From assembly GCF_009914755.1 (NCBI RefSeq), contig NC_060935.1: a stretch of 64,000 bases of DNA. One strand, given 5' to 3'. The notes beneath the pieces are model-generated. The model did not search any database. It was not told where the DNA came from and saw only the letters and a program-made list of their open reading frames with translations. Of the stretch, positions 45,682-59,836 are shown piece by piece. Each line of letters begins with the position of its first letter. Position 1 is the stretch's first letter. The position numbers and the translations under genes are program-made. Source of the stretch: the human T2T-CHM13v2.0 reference genome, Homo sapiens.

Positions 45682-46189
45682 GTAGTATTTTGATAAAATC
45701 AGTTTGATCTGGTTTTTATTTATGAAATAATTGCCGTTTTTAATGCTACAGATCCATTAAAGATTCATGATTATAAATTTGAATAATGCTAAGTGTAACA
45801 AAATTAGATTTCTTCTGATGCAAACAAAATTTTGAAGCCCTTTTTATTTTTAAATTAATGGTATGTCATTTAACCTAGAACCCAACAGAATATCTACTGT
45901 GTGAGTTCAAGAAGTTTAAAACTTATTTTTCTGACCTGAGTGATTTGAAGGACCTACTTAAATTGTTTAGAGTCTTTGGCAAGCAACCTAAACTTTTCAT
46001 ATTAGCTTATCACTTAGATATGGCACAGAACTCTATAATTTATATATGAAAAAGTTTTATGACATTCTTTGAATATGGGCTTAATCTTTTTAACTATAAT
46101 ATTCTCATTATTTTCTCTTCAAATTAATTTTGATTGTGGTCTTTATTTTTATACTATAGCTTATTAACTTATTTATTTAACCATCTAAT

Positions 46190-47060
46190 AATCAAATATT
46201 TATTGAACTTGTTTTATACTGTACTGGGCTGGATATTAGAGATCACTTGGTAGCTCATAGTCCAGTGATAGTGAGAATTGTGTTATATATAAACATAAAT
46301 TTCTGATATAGCAAGATAAGTGATAGTAGAACTTTCTATGAAATAATTGGAAAGTAAAACTTCAGACTAGCAGATATTATAGGAAATAGACATTGCCCAG
46401 ACGGGCAGCTTGAGAAAGTCATTCTGGTTAGAGTGAGTAACATGGGAAAGGTTTGGAAAAGTGAAACAGGCATCTTATGAAACTATAAATAGCCTAAAGG
46501 GCTGAAACATAAGATGTATAAATAAGTACTAGATGAAGAGGGAGGAAAAGGTTGGCATGGTCAGGTAATGAAGAGCTTTCTGCATTATGCTAAGGAGTTT
46601 GGATTCTAACTTGCAGGTGATAGGGTATTATTGAGAGATTTAAAAGGAGATTTTACCAGAATTTCATTTTAGAAACAAATATCTTTATATATCCCTTTCT
46701 TCAGTTATTGGAAAATAGATTGGTAATAGGAGAAACCAAAAGCAATTACATCACTTTAGAAGTTTGTTGTAGTAATCTAAGAGAGACAAGATGAAGGCCT
46801 AAACCAAAGAAGAGGTAATAATAATGGAGGAAGGAATGGACTTGGTGGATATTAGGAGGTAATCTAAATGAGACTTGATGATTATGTAATGGCTGTGGCA
46901 CACAAGAAGAAGAAAGAGTCGAGGATGTTTTTTTGGGTTCTGTCTTGGAATATTCATTACAAATTGATTTCATTCACTGGGGCAGGGAATACAGATGCAA
47001 ATTGTGTCGGTGAGAGGAATATAATGTGTTTGATCATGGATATATTGAATCTAGTGTGAA
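46190..47060 (-). mobile_element. L2 remnant
   Basis: caaatatttattgaact..ctgggct..agctcatagtccagtg..; purine-rich body. Confidence 0.6.
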
Positions 47061-47510
47061 CTTATTCTTAACTTTTTGGCTTTTGAAGTCTTGTTTCTCC
47101 CTGTATCAAATGGGAGTGGATAGGTATTTTGTGTATTGCTTTTCTGTTCAGCAGATTGTATTTAGCTCACTTTTGGATTACTGTACATGTGTTATATAGT
47201 CCCAATTAATTTATATGTTATGACAACATGTAGATTTATTTTTCTTGCAACAATAAAGATGTTCAGGGGAAATATATAACAATATATAGATGCTACTAAA
47301 ACTAGAGAACTCAAAATTCCTAAGGAAGATGGGAGCTGTGAATAGTTGTCTAGGAATGCCTGTGCATCTTTAAGCAAAGATGCTATCTCATATTTATAAC
47401 TATATAGCATGGAAGTATCTTGTATAAAATAACTATCATTAGGATATTTTCTCTTATTTTTAATGAATCATACATATAATAAGTTATTTTTATTTTCTAT
47501 TTTTTTCTAG

Positions 47511-47665
47511 TTGATCCTGATTTTCTAAAATCATTTTTATTAATCCATGAATCTTGTAAAGCATATGGTGCTACACCAAGCCAATACATGACCTTTTTAC
47601 ATGTGTATTCTGCCATTAGTAGTAGCAAGAAAAAGGAATTATTAAAAAGACAAAGTCATTTGCAG
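47511..47665 (+). CDS. DYNC2H1: exon ~54 (155 nt), VDPDFLKSF...ATPSQYMTF...QSHLQ
   Basis: ttctag acceptor; CAG|gtatag donor. Confidence 0.94.
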
Positions 47666-47981
47666 GTATAGTATTGGTAATCTTGAATTATTTTATCTAT
47701 ATATAGGAAACAAGAGTTTTGTAAATCACAATGCTATGTTGCGGGTGGCATATATCTGGTATTAATAAATGTACTGTATTAAAAGCCTTGGAAAACAGTC
47801 TCACTTTCCTACCTATATTGCCCTGTAGGTTTTAGTGATGATTTGTATTTTTTTTAAAATTCAGTGGTTATTTCTTTTCTTCGCTGGTTGGCATTTATGG
47901 ATTTTTGATAGCTTATGGTACTCTCTTTAAGAGTCTCTTTCACATGAAAACATTTTTAGAAATTAAGAAAACTCTGTTATT

Positions 47982-48190
47982 CAGCATAAGATGATACAGT
48001 GGACTTTGGGGACTTGGGGGTAAGAGTAGGGTGGGGAGGGATAAAAGGCAACAAATATGGTGCAGTGTATACTGCCCTGGTGATGGGTGCACCAGTATCT
48101 CACAATTCACCACTAAAGAACTTATGTAAGCAAATACTACCTGTACCCAATAACTAATGGCAAAATAAAATAAAATAATAATAAAGAAAA
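47982..48190 (+). mobile_element. Severely 5'-truncated L1PB 3' end
   Basis: gatacagtggactttggggact..ggtgatgggtgcacca..caccactaaagaactt; A-rich tail; TSD aagaaaac(t/c)ctgttatt. Confidence 0.88.
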
Positions 48191-49180
48191 AAGAAAACCC
48201 TGTTATTAACTGAAACATAATATCCAAGATTATATTTTATAATAACCTTTAAAATTAAGATTATATTTTATAAAGTAATGTTTTCATCCATGTCACCTCA
48301 CTTAGTACATTCTGAACAGTTTTCTTTCCGTATTTCTTTAACTATAGAGCTTTAACTTAAATGTGACATTAGAATGTCAGCCTCTGAAGTTGTTAGAGAA
48401 CATTTCCTCTCTAAAGTTTTAGTTTCCCTTTGTTAGGGTAATAAAGTAGGCTCCATCTTAATTGACATAATTATCTTAATTATTTCTAATGATTCACTTT
48501 CATTTATATTAAGGTACTAACTATACGGGCTTTGGGGAGGGTTAATTTCCTGATTTAGTTCTCTATGGTACTTTGGATAAATCACTTTAACTTACTGTTT
48601 TGCAGCTTAATTGGGTCAATGGTAGTTGTATGTGAGTGTATTAGATAAAATTCATATGGAAAAAACTTAGCTTAATACCTGTACTTTATGATGGGTGCTC
48701 AATAGTTATTAATTACATTCCTTTTTTGCCATTACTCTTTCCCCAAATCTTCTGATTTGTTAGGTGACAAAAACATGATAGAAGGTAAAGAATTTTTTTC
48801 ATGTACATCCCTGGGTTCATTATTCTGCTGTTTGCACAGTAGGATGGGGTACCATAATGGCCAGGCCAGGGTGAAATGCCTACTCAAAATGCAGGTAAGG
48901 CAAGTGAATGACAGCCCACCAGAACCATATGTGAGAAAGTCTCTTACAAGAAAAATGAATATTAGACAGACAAAACCAAGTCATGTCTACTATAAAAAAC
49001 AGTGACTCTTGAGTCTTTTTTCCCAATCAGTGAGACTAAAATTAGAAAAGGTTTAGTGAGTTACCCCTTGCTTGCTATTTTCTCTCCCATCTAATGTAAT
49101 GGTAAAAAGTGTTTTTTATTAAGTTCAGTGTTTAAACTATCAAATATGTATTTATCTGTTTAGCTTTTCTATGATGCTTT

Positions 49181-51200
<2,020 letters not shown>

Positions 51201-51445
51201 TCTGCGATGCTTTAAAATTTGTTTTTCTTTAAAACCTCTGTGGGATCTTTAACTACATCTTAATGAGTATCATGTGAAATAAATTGTTATAATTAGCAAT
51301 AAGAAAAAACCTAAGTCTACTTGCTACTGTTTTGTATATACACACTTAACATGTTTGCTTGATTCTTTTCTATATGGCTTTATTTACTGTGTGTATGTAA
51401 AATTCCTTTTTTAAAATATTGCCGATCAATATTTTATTGATGTAG

Positions 51446-51583
51446 GCTGGTGTATCTAAACTAAATGAAGCTAAAGCTCTTGTGGATGAACTGAACAGAA
51501 AAGCTGGAGAACAAAGTGTGTTACTTAAAACGAAGCAAGATGAAGCAGATGCTGCCCTTCAAATGATCACAGTGTCAATGCAG
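51446..51583 (+). CDS. DYNC2H1: exon ~55 (138 nt, phase 0-0), stalk CC1 AGVSKLNEAK...VSMQ
   Basis: atgtag acceptor; CAG|gtaatg donor; heptad character. Confidence 0.95.
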
Positions 51584-52235
51584 GTAATGTTTAGAGTGAC
51601 CACAAAAATGAAAACAATATGGAGAGCATTTATGCCTGATAGTCAGTGAAAAATAACATTTTCACTTAGGTGGATTTAAAAAATATTGCTTATTCATACT
51701 GAGTCAGACTGATATTATGTGCTTAAGCTTTTGTGGAAGGGCATGGTATTTTCCTATATTGTTTAGACTGATCACTCGGTGCACTCAGTTGACCATGTGC
51801 AACTTATGTAAACTCTTTTTATATTTTAAATTGGCATGGATCTGTCTGTAACTGATTTTATTTCTTATACTCTGCCATTTAGGTTGGTATTTCCTTTTAT
51901 TTTTCTTAGAATTCTCTCCTTCAGGCTTTGAGAGTTTTCCTTGCTTTTAATTTTCTCAAGATTTATGAAACGTTTTTATTCTTTCAGTACTTTCATGATG
52001 TTTTGTATTTTGATTATACATTTTTTGAGCGGTTGCCTTTGTTTTGTTGAACCCTTTCAAGGGAGATTTCTCTGAGTTCCTTCTTTGCCCCAGTATTTTA
52101 TGTCTGCATGCTCTTTCAGGATGATCTTGTTCATTATATTGCTCTTACTACCAGCTACATATAACTGTTTTCAAATTCATCTTTTTTATTCTTTATCCTA
52201 ACTCCTCTTATTAGCTTCAGACTTGCTCAATTACT

Positions 52236-52527
52236 GGCAGGGCATGGTCACTCATGCTGTAATCCTAGCTCTTTGGGAAGCCGAGTGGGAAGATTGCTTG
52301 AGCCCATGAGTTTAAGGACCAGCCTGGGCAATATAGTGAGACCTTATCTCTACAAAAAAAGTAAAAATTAGCTGAGTGTGGTGGCACGTGCCTATAGTCC
52401 CAGCTACTCAGGAGGCTGAGGTAGGAGGATTGCTTGAGTTTGAGAGGCAGAGGTTGCACAATGAGCTGAAATCATGCCACTGCTCTCCAGCCTGAGTGAC
52501 AGAGCAAGACTCTCAAAAAAAAAAAAA
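52236..52527 (+). mobile_element. AluJ (sense)
   Basis: ggcagggcatgg..gattgcttgagccc..A13 tail. Confidence 0.9.
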
Positions 52528-52949
52528 TTCAATTTTATCTGTTAAACATGTCTTCTTGGAAGTCTCTCGGGCATTACAATTTGAAACAGGTTCAAAACTG
52601 AACTTATGAGTTTTCTTTCCTGTATTTCTTTCCTCAGATTATGGTACTATAATATACACTAATTATTTAAGACAGAACTTATAAATTATATTATACTGAG
52701 ACTTTTGTTACCTTATCCCTTAATGTAATGAGTCATTAAATTCTGTCAATTTTATTTCCCTGACTATGCCTCAAATATGTTTCCCCATCTCCATCTTGGT
52801 AACTGTTACCTTGTCAACTAGGCACTAATCTAATGCCTCTTTTATGAAAATTAACTTTAATATTCATCAGACTAATGTATATATCTCAATTAAAAAGTAA
52901 GTGGCATGAAAAATCAACAAAGTTATGGGACTTAGGATTTCAAGAGTCA

Positions 52950-53945
52950 CTTTTCAGTAATCATAAGGCAATCTGATATTACTGTAATATTAGGCATAGA
53001 GATCACTGGAATGTGGTCGGTTGATTTTACACAAAAATGCCAAATAAATGGGGAAAGATAGTCTTTTTGAAAAATGGTGCTGGATATTTAGATATCCAGG
53101 TAGAGAGAGAAAAAGCCTAGAACCTTTACCTTTTAACTTACACAAAAATTTACACAGTGTGGATGATGGATCTTAGTGTAGAACATGAAATTATAAAACT
53201 TAGAAGAAAACACAGGAGAACATCTTTATGACCTTGGTGAGGCAAAGACTTGTTCGATGTGATATCAAAATAGAAAAAGAAAATTGATAAATTGAATTTC
53301 ATCAAAATGAAAACTTCTGCTCTTTGAAATAAATTCCGAAATGAAAAGGCAAGTCACAGACTGGGAGAAAATATTTACAAAACATATATTTGATAAAGAA
53401 CTTCTATTCAGAATTTTAAAAATACTGCAACTCAATAATAGCAAAACAAAAATCCAGTTTAACATGAACAAAAGATTTGAGCAGGCCATTTATGAAAGAA
53501 GACATATAAAGGGACAGTAAACACATGAAAATATGCTTAATTTCATGATCATCAAGTAAGTGTGAGCTAAAGTCCCAGTGATATGCTGCTACATATCCAC
53601 TAGAATGGGTAAAATAAAAAGACTGAAAACACCTCAGTCTAGTATGGCAAGGCCATGTGGAGCATCTGGAACTCTTATAATTGCTGGAGGAAATGAATAA
53701 TGCTACAGTTACTTTTCAAAAGTTTGACACAGTCTCATAAAGTTAAACATATCTTAGTACATCAGCCAGCAGTCCCACTTTCAGATTTTTAGCTGAGAGA
53801 AATGAAAACGTGATAAATCTTAGAAGCATTACACTTAAGCGAAAACAGCCAGACACGAAAGACTGTATACTGTATGATTCCTTTGTAAGAAATTATAGAA
53901 ACAGCCAAACTATGATAGAAATCAAATTAGTGAGTACCTGACCTG
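52950..53945 (+). mobile_element. L1M (MB/ME-type) ORF2 end and 3'UTR
   Basis: aaatggtgctggata..aaaacttagaagaaaacacaggagaa..cacagactgggagaaaatatttacaa..tactgtatgattcc. Confidence 0.75.
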
Positions 53946-54155
53946 GTAAGTAATACATCAGAAAATGTAAATATAATTTTTATACTGGAAAACTTTAACA
54001 TATTTTTTTCTCAAGGTATTTTGGAACAAAATTAATATAAATATTTACTTAATGAAGACAGCCATTTTTATTGTTAAAAAATCTGTCAATTATTTTGACC
54101 TTAAAAGAGTTGTTTGAAATATCAAAAAGTAAACACTATGTAAAGGATAACACTG

Positions 54156-54226
54156 TTGATTACCATGTGTTTATAAAGGAAAATATTTGGTGTTTTGATT
54201 ACCATGTGTTTATAAAGGAAAATATT
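54156..54226. repeat. 32-bp perfect direct duplication, period 39
   Basis: TTGATTACCATGTGTTTATAAAGGAAAATATT at 54156-54187 and 54195-54226. Confidence 0.95.
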
Positions 54227-54682
54227 CGGCACTATGTGTGCTTTGTGTACTCTCTGGCTAGTGACATTAGTAATACACATTGAGTATCTGCTACTTTTTT
54301 CTCTGCGCTGTTCTGAGAAGCGATATTTCTAAGACTGTAGCTAATTTTATTATCCAGCAAAGACCCAGGAGAATAACTGTGCATCTCATAAGTTAATAAT
54401 TTTGCTTAATTATAAATAGCAGATATTTCTGTTTGGTATTTTGTAGAAAGCACTGTCTGAAGAGATAGCTTAAATACCAAGTTGTGTAACTTCTAAGGCT
54501 TGCAATTCTAGGTTTATGGCATAAAGAAAGTGCAAATTAAATGCTATACAAACTCAGAATAGAGATACCTTCCAATTGGAACAGGAGGTTAATAAAAGAA
54601 GGAATCCATGAGCTGTGCCTGGGCTGTTTAAGTGTTTAATATGTTTTATTATGATTGTTTAAGAAATTATGCATTTCAGGAT

Positions 54683-54810
54683 CTGGGCATGGCAATACAT
54701 GCCTTTAATGTCAGCTATTTGGGAAGCTGAAGTTGGGGGGACCCCTTGAGTCTGGGAGCCTAATTAACATAGTGAGACCCTGTCTCAAAAAGAAAAAAAG
54801 GAAAAAAAAA
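54683..54810 (+). mobile_element. FLAM/FAM-like Alu monomer
   Basis: ctgggcatgg..cagctatttgggaagctgaag..aacatagtgagaccctgtctc plus A-rich tail. Confidence 0.75.
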
Positions 54811-54902
54811 CTCAGAATGACAAATATATACAAAGATGTTCAACCTCATCAATAATCAAGGAAATACAAATTAAAATCATACCTTGAAAATTGTGTATTT
54901 CT

Positions 54903-55200
<298 letters not shown>

Positions 55201-55485
55201 AGAAAATTACGTTTTTCTATCTTGTTTAAATTTTATATAAAAAGCATTTATTGCTTTGCTAAGTAGAAAAAAATTAAAGCACTGAAACCTTTCTGATAGA
55301 AAATATGGAGTAACATATATCATTGGTTTCCCAGGCATTTTGGAAACTCTCTTGTCATAGATTCAAAACTAGTATTAGGAAACATTTAATAGAAAATGTT
55401 ATTTTGAAATGTTATATTTTGGATTTCATGCTTTTAAATATCAAGCATTAAAATTGATTGGAATGCCACTTAAATATTCTTATAG

Positions 55486-55599
55486 GATGCTAGTGAGCAA
55501 AAAACAGAACTTGAAAGACTGAAGCACAGAATAGCAGAAGAAGTTGTTAAAATTGAAGAAAGAAAAAATAAAATTGATGATGAATTAAAAGAAGTACAA
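55486..55599 (+). CDS. DYNC2H1: exon ~56 (114 nt, phase 0-0), stalk CC1 DASEQK...ELKEVQ
   Basis: ttatag acceptor; CAA|gtaagt donor. Confidence 0.95.
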
Positions 55600-56193
55600 G
55601 TAAGTTAAAAAACATTCTAAGATCCATTTACATTTTTGCTTACCAGTTATATGTAGGAATTTAAACATTATTTGTAACTCAAGTTGTTTTCTCATAGTAT
55701 TATAAAATGTGGTTTTCAACCAAAATATTACTTGTAAAAGAGAACAAGAAGGAAAGCCTTCCAGGAAAAGTATAAATTAATGGATGATAATTAAAAATAA
55801 TCTTTGTTTTCCATGAGCCATATGGTTTCGATTGCAGAGGGAAAAAATGTGTTAGATAAATTAAGATATACTGTTAAGCTCTTTTTCTCCAGTTGATTAA
55901 ATTAGTCAGCTAGTCCTAGGATATAAAGAGCCTCTTGAAAATGACAAATTGTCTCAAAACAAGTTAGATTTTCCAAATTAGGTTATTGCAGTTGTGGTGG
56001 CAAGACGTCTTACTGTCTCAAGTTGAACATTTTTTACACCTTGTATGATTGAAAGCATTTTGATATTTTAAGAGAGAGGACATTAGTAACTATAGTCATT
56101 TTGCATAAATGACAATAAAACATAATTTTTCAAGAGTTAATGATTTAAAGAAATATATAATTTGAAGATAAAAATGGCCTTTTTCTCTTTTAG

Positions 56194-56354
56194 CCTTTAG
56201 TCAATGAAGCTAAACTAGCAGTTGGAAACATTAAGCCCGAATCACTTTCAGAAATTCGCTCACTACGCATGCCACCTGATGTAATTAGAGATATTCTTGA
56301 AGGAGTTTTAAGGTTGATGGGTATCTTTGATACATCTTGGGTGAGCATGAAAAG
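56194..56354 (+). CDS. DYNC2H1: exon ~57 (161 nt), PLVNEAK...[19 protein letters not shown] (MTBD)
   Basis: ttttag acceptor; AG|gtacat donor. Confidence 0.95.
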
Positions 56355-57163
56355 GTACATTTTTCAATTTGTGAAAAATATTATTTCAGCAATGAATGAC
56401 ACATTCTTTCGTAGTTTTAAATATTTCTTATATTGTTTTTCAAAATGCACTTCATCTAAATACATGGGTGTACATTTTGGCTTGAAATTTCAAGGTATTC
56501 TATGTAATCATATATCAAGATCTATATATTCCTTTCTGTATAAGTGATTGTTAAAAGTGTCAAAAGAGGAGAAAAGGAATACCTTAGAATGTTTAAGAAA
56601 TTTCTCAATAAATATAATAATATATTTGGTCCATACATAGTATAGAGGACTGTGATTTCACCATGATTTACTGTTGAAGAAAATATAGTCACTATCCTTA
56701 AGAGTCTTGTACTACCGAGAGAGGGAAAAAGACAGAGACAGAAACAGAAAGAGGGAGACCCTTAAATAATAAAAGGGAGCTGCAAACTAGAAGAGAATAA
56801 GGTATTAACAAAATATGAAACCATGCAGGTTCAGGTTTCATGTTATAATAGTTGTGTTATGGTTTGTGCCGATATTAAGTTCCTTGTCAGTATTTAGGTT
56901 GATAGTAAAGAGTTCCTTTTATATCTGGAGATGGAGGAGGACATAGGTTGACAGAGCACTTTAAGTTACCTTAAAAGGAGTCAGACAATTTTCTTGCATA
57001 TCCTAGAACATATGAGTACCTAATAGTTCACAAATAAGGATTTGAGTAGAACAAGATTGTGATTCTTTCATATCATTTCTTGTTCTAGTTTATTCACAGA
57101 ACATTAGAAAGACTGTCCTACATCTCTCTAGAGTTTTTGTTGTCTACGAAAAGTCGATAATAC

Positions 57164-57491
<328 letters not shown>

Positions 57492-57600
57492 TTAACTAAT
57501 GGATTAAAAGTATTGCATACACCATTTTGTTAAACTGATTTTTTTTCAGAAACAGCAAATTTTATTTAGCCTCATTTAAGGAAATATGCTTTAATTTTAG

Positions 57601-57724
57601 TTTCCTTGCAAAAAGAGGTGTAAGAGAAGACATAGCAACCTTTGATGCCCGAAATATTTCAAAGGAAATAAGAGAGAGTGTTGAAGAACTTCTTTTTAAA
57701 AATAAAGGCTCTTTTGATCCAAAG
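57601..57724 (+). CDS. DYNC2H1: exon ~58 (124 nt), SFLAKRGV...SFDPK (MTBD)
   Basis: ttttag acceptor; AAG|gtaatt donor. Confidence 0.94.
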
Positions 57725-58535
57725 GTAATTTTTAAGTTATACTATAAATTTGTTTTTCCATACCATATAATATTCTGCTTTTTAAAGTGTGGTGCTTTGT
57801 CATTGCCAATTGTTTAGATCACTTAAAAATGAAAATAAAAAATAAGCTTATAGGAATTACACTTGGGAAGCATTAACCATCAGAATCAGGTAAATTAGAA
57901 TCTAGGTAGCAGGGGAGATTTATTATCTTGAGTGGTTTTAATAGTTTTGTATCTGCTGTTAATGTTCTCAGCTTTTTTTTTAAGCTTTCAACTGTCCTGG
58001 TATGCTTTTATTTTTTCTTGTGTACTTGTCAGATAACAACAGGTATCTGTTTTAGGACAGTGGTATCTAATTTCAGTGAACAATTTAGATTTCATGATTC
58101 TGGTATTTTTTTAGATCCCTTAATCAAAATGTTGTGTACATCTTCTTTAACACCAACTACAATAGTTTTAAAGCTGCTCTTATCTAATAAAGATAAATCA
58201 CATGTATAGAAGAAAAAGAATTGATGCTCAAACATTGTTGTGGATGACACATGTATTCATTAGAAATGTGACTAATAGAAAATTATGTTGATAAAACATC
58301 TTTAATTTAAAGATTCTGTGTGGTTCAAAAATTTTATTTTTAAGTGAAAATAGAGTTCATGTATATTTCTTTTAATCAAAATAGAAGTTCACTGTATTTT
58401 TATTTTAGCTATAAGCCAAAAAACTACTTTATTTGGGTCAAGTTAATAAGTGCCCAAATAAAGTGTGTTAGAATTAACTTTGCTTTCATTTGAAATTAAG
58501 TAAGGATGTTGAATCACTTCTCATGGATTTTTCAG

Positions 58536-58657
58536 AATGCTAAGCGTGCCAGTACTGCAGCTGCACCTTTGGCTGCCTGGGTGAAAGCCAATATTCAGTA
58601 TTCCCATGTCTTGGAACGAATTCATCCTTTGGAAACTGAACAGGCAGGATTAGAATC
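58536..58657 (+). CDS. DYNC2H1: exon ~59 (122 nt), [18 protein letters not shown]...AGLES (MTBD end/CC2)
   Basis: tttcag acceptor; TC|gtaagt donor. Confidence 0.95.
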
Positions 58658-58939
58658 GTAAGTGAAATATAAAATATAAACAATTCTAACCTTTATTTTC
58701 ATCAGTTTGATGAGGTTTTAATAATTATTATTTTTATTTTTTCTCTATTTGTAAAATGGCAGTTGACAATACTAAAATATATGAATGAGTCAATTAAAGA
58801 CAAATTTAAAAACAGATCAAAAAAAGAAAGCAATTAGAAGGAGAGAGAAGAACCAACTCACTTTTTCTTTACCATTATTATATTGTTGGAAGGCTAGGTA
58901 AAAGTTCCTTTAGAAGGAGCCAAAGTTTCATAAAGGAAT

Positions 58940-59615
<676 letters not shown>

Positions 59616-59836
59616 TGGAAATTTAAGGCTTTTGTATTTGTTTTTACCTTCTAAGTTCTAGGAAATGCTTAGCATGTATTTTCCAAAACAGTGTGTGGGC
59701 AGGTAGGAGGAAGATTTAACCACTTACTATTAGAGCTGTGGTTCTAATTTGCTATCGTTACTAAGTCAGAAATATATTTTATCTCTTTTGTTCTAAATGC
59801 AGACCAAAAGGTTTATGTTCTTTAAAAAAAAAAAAA

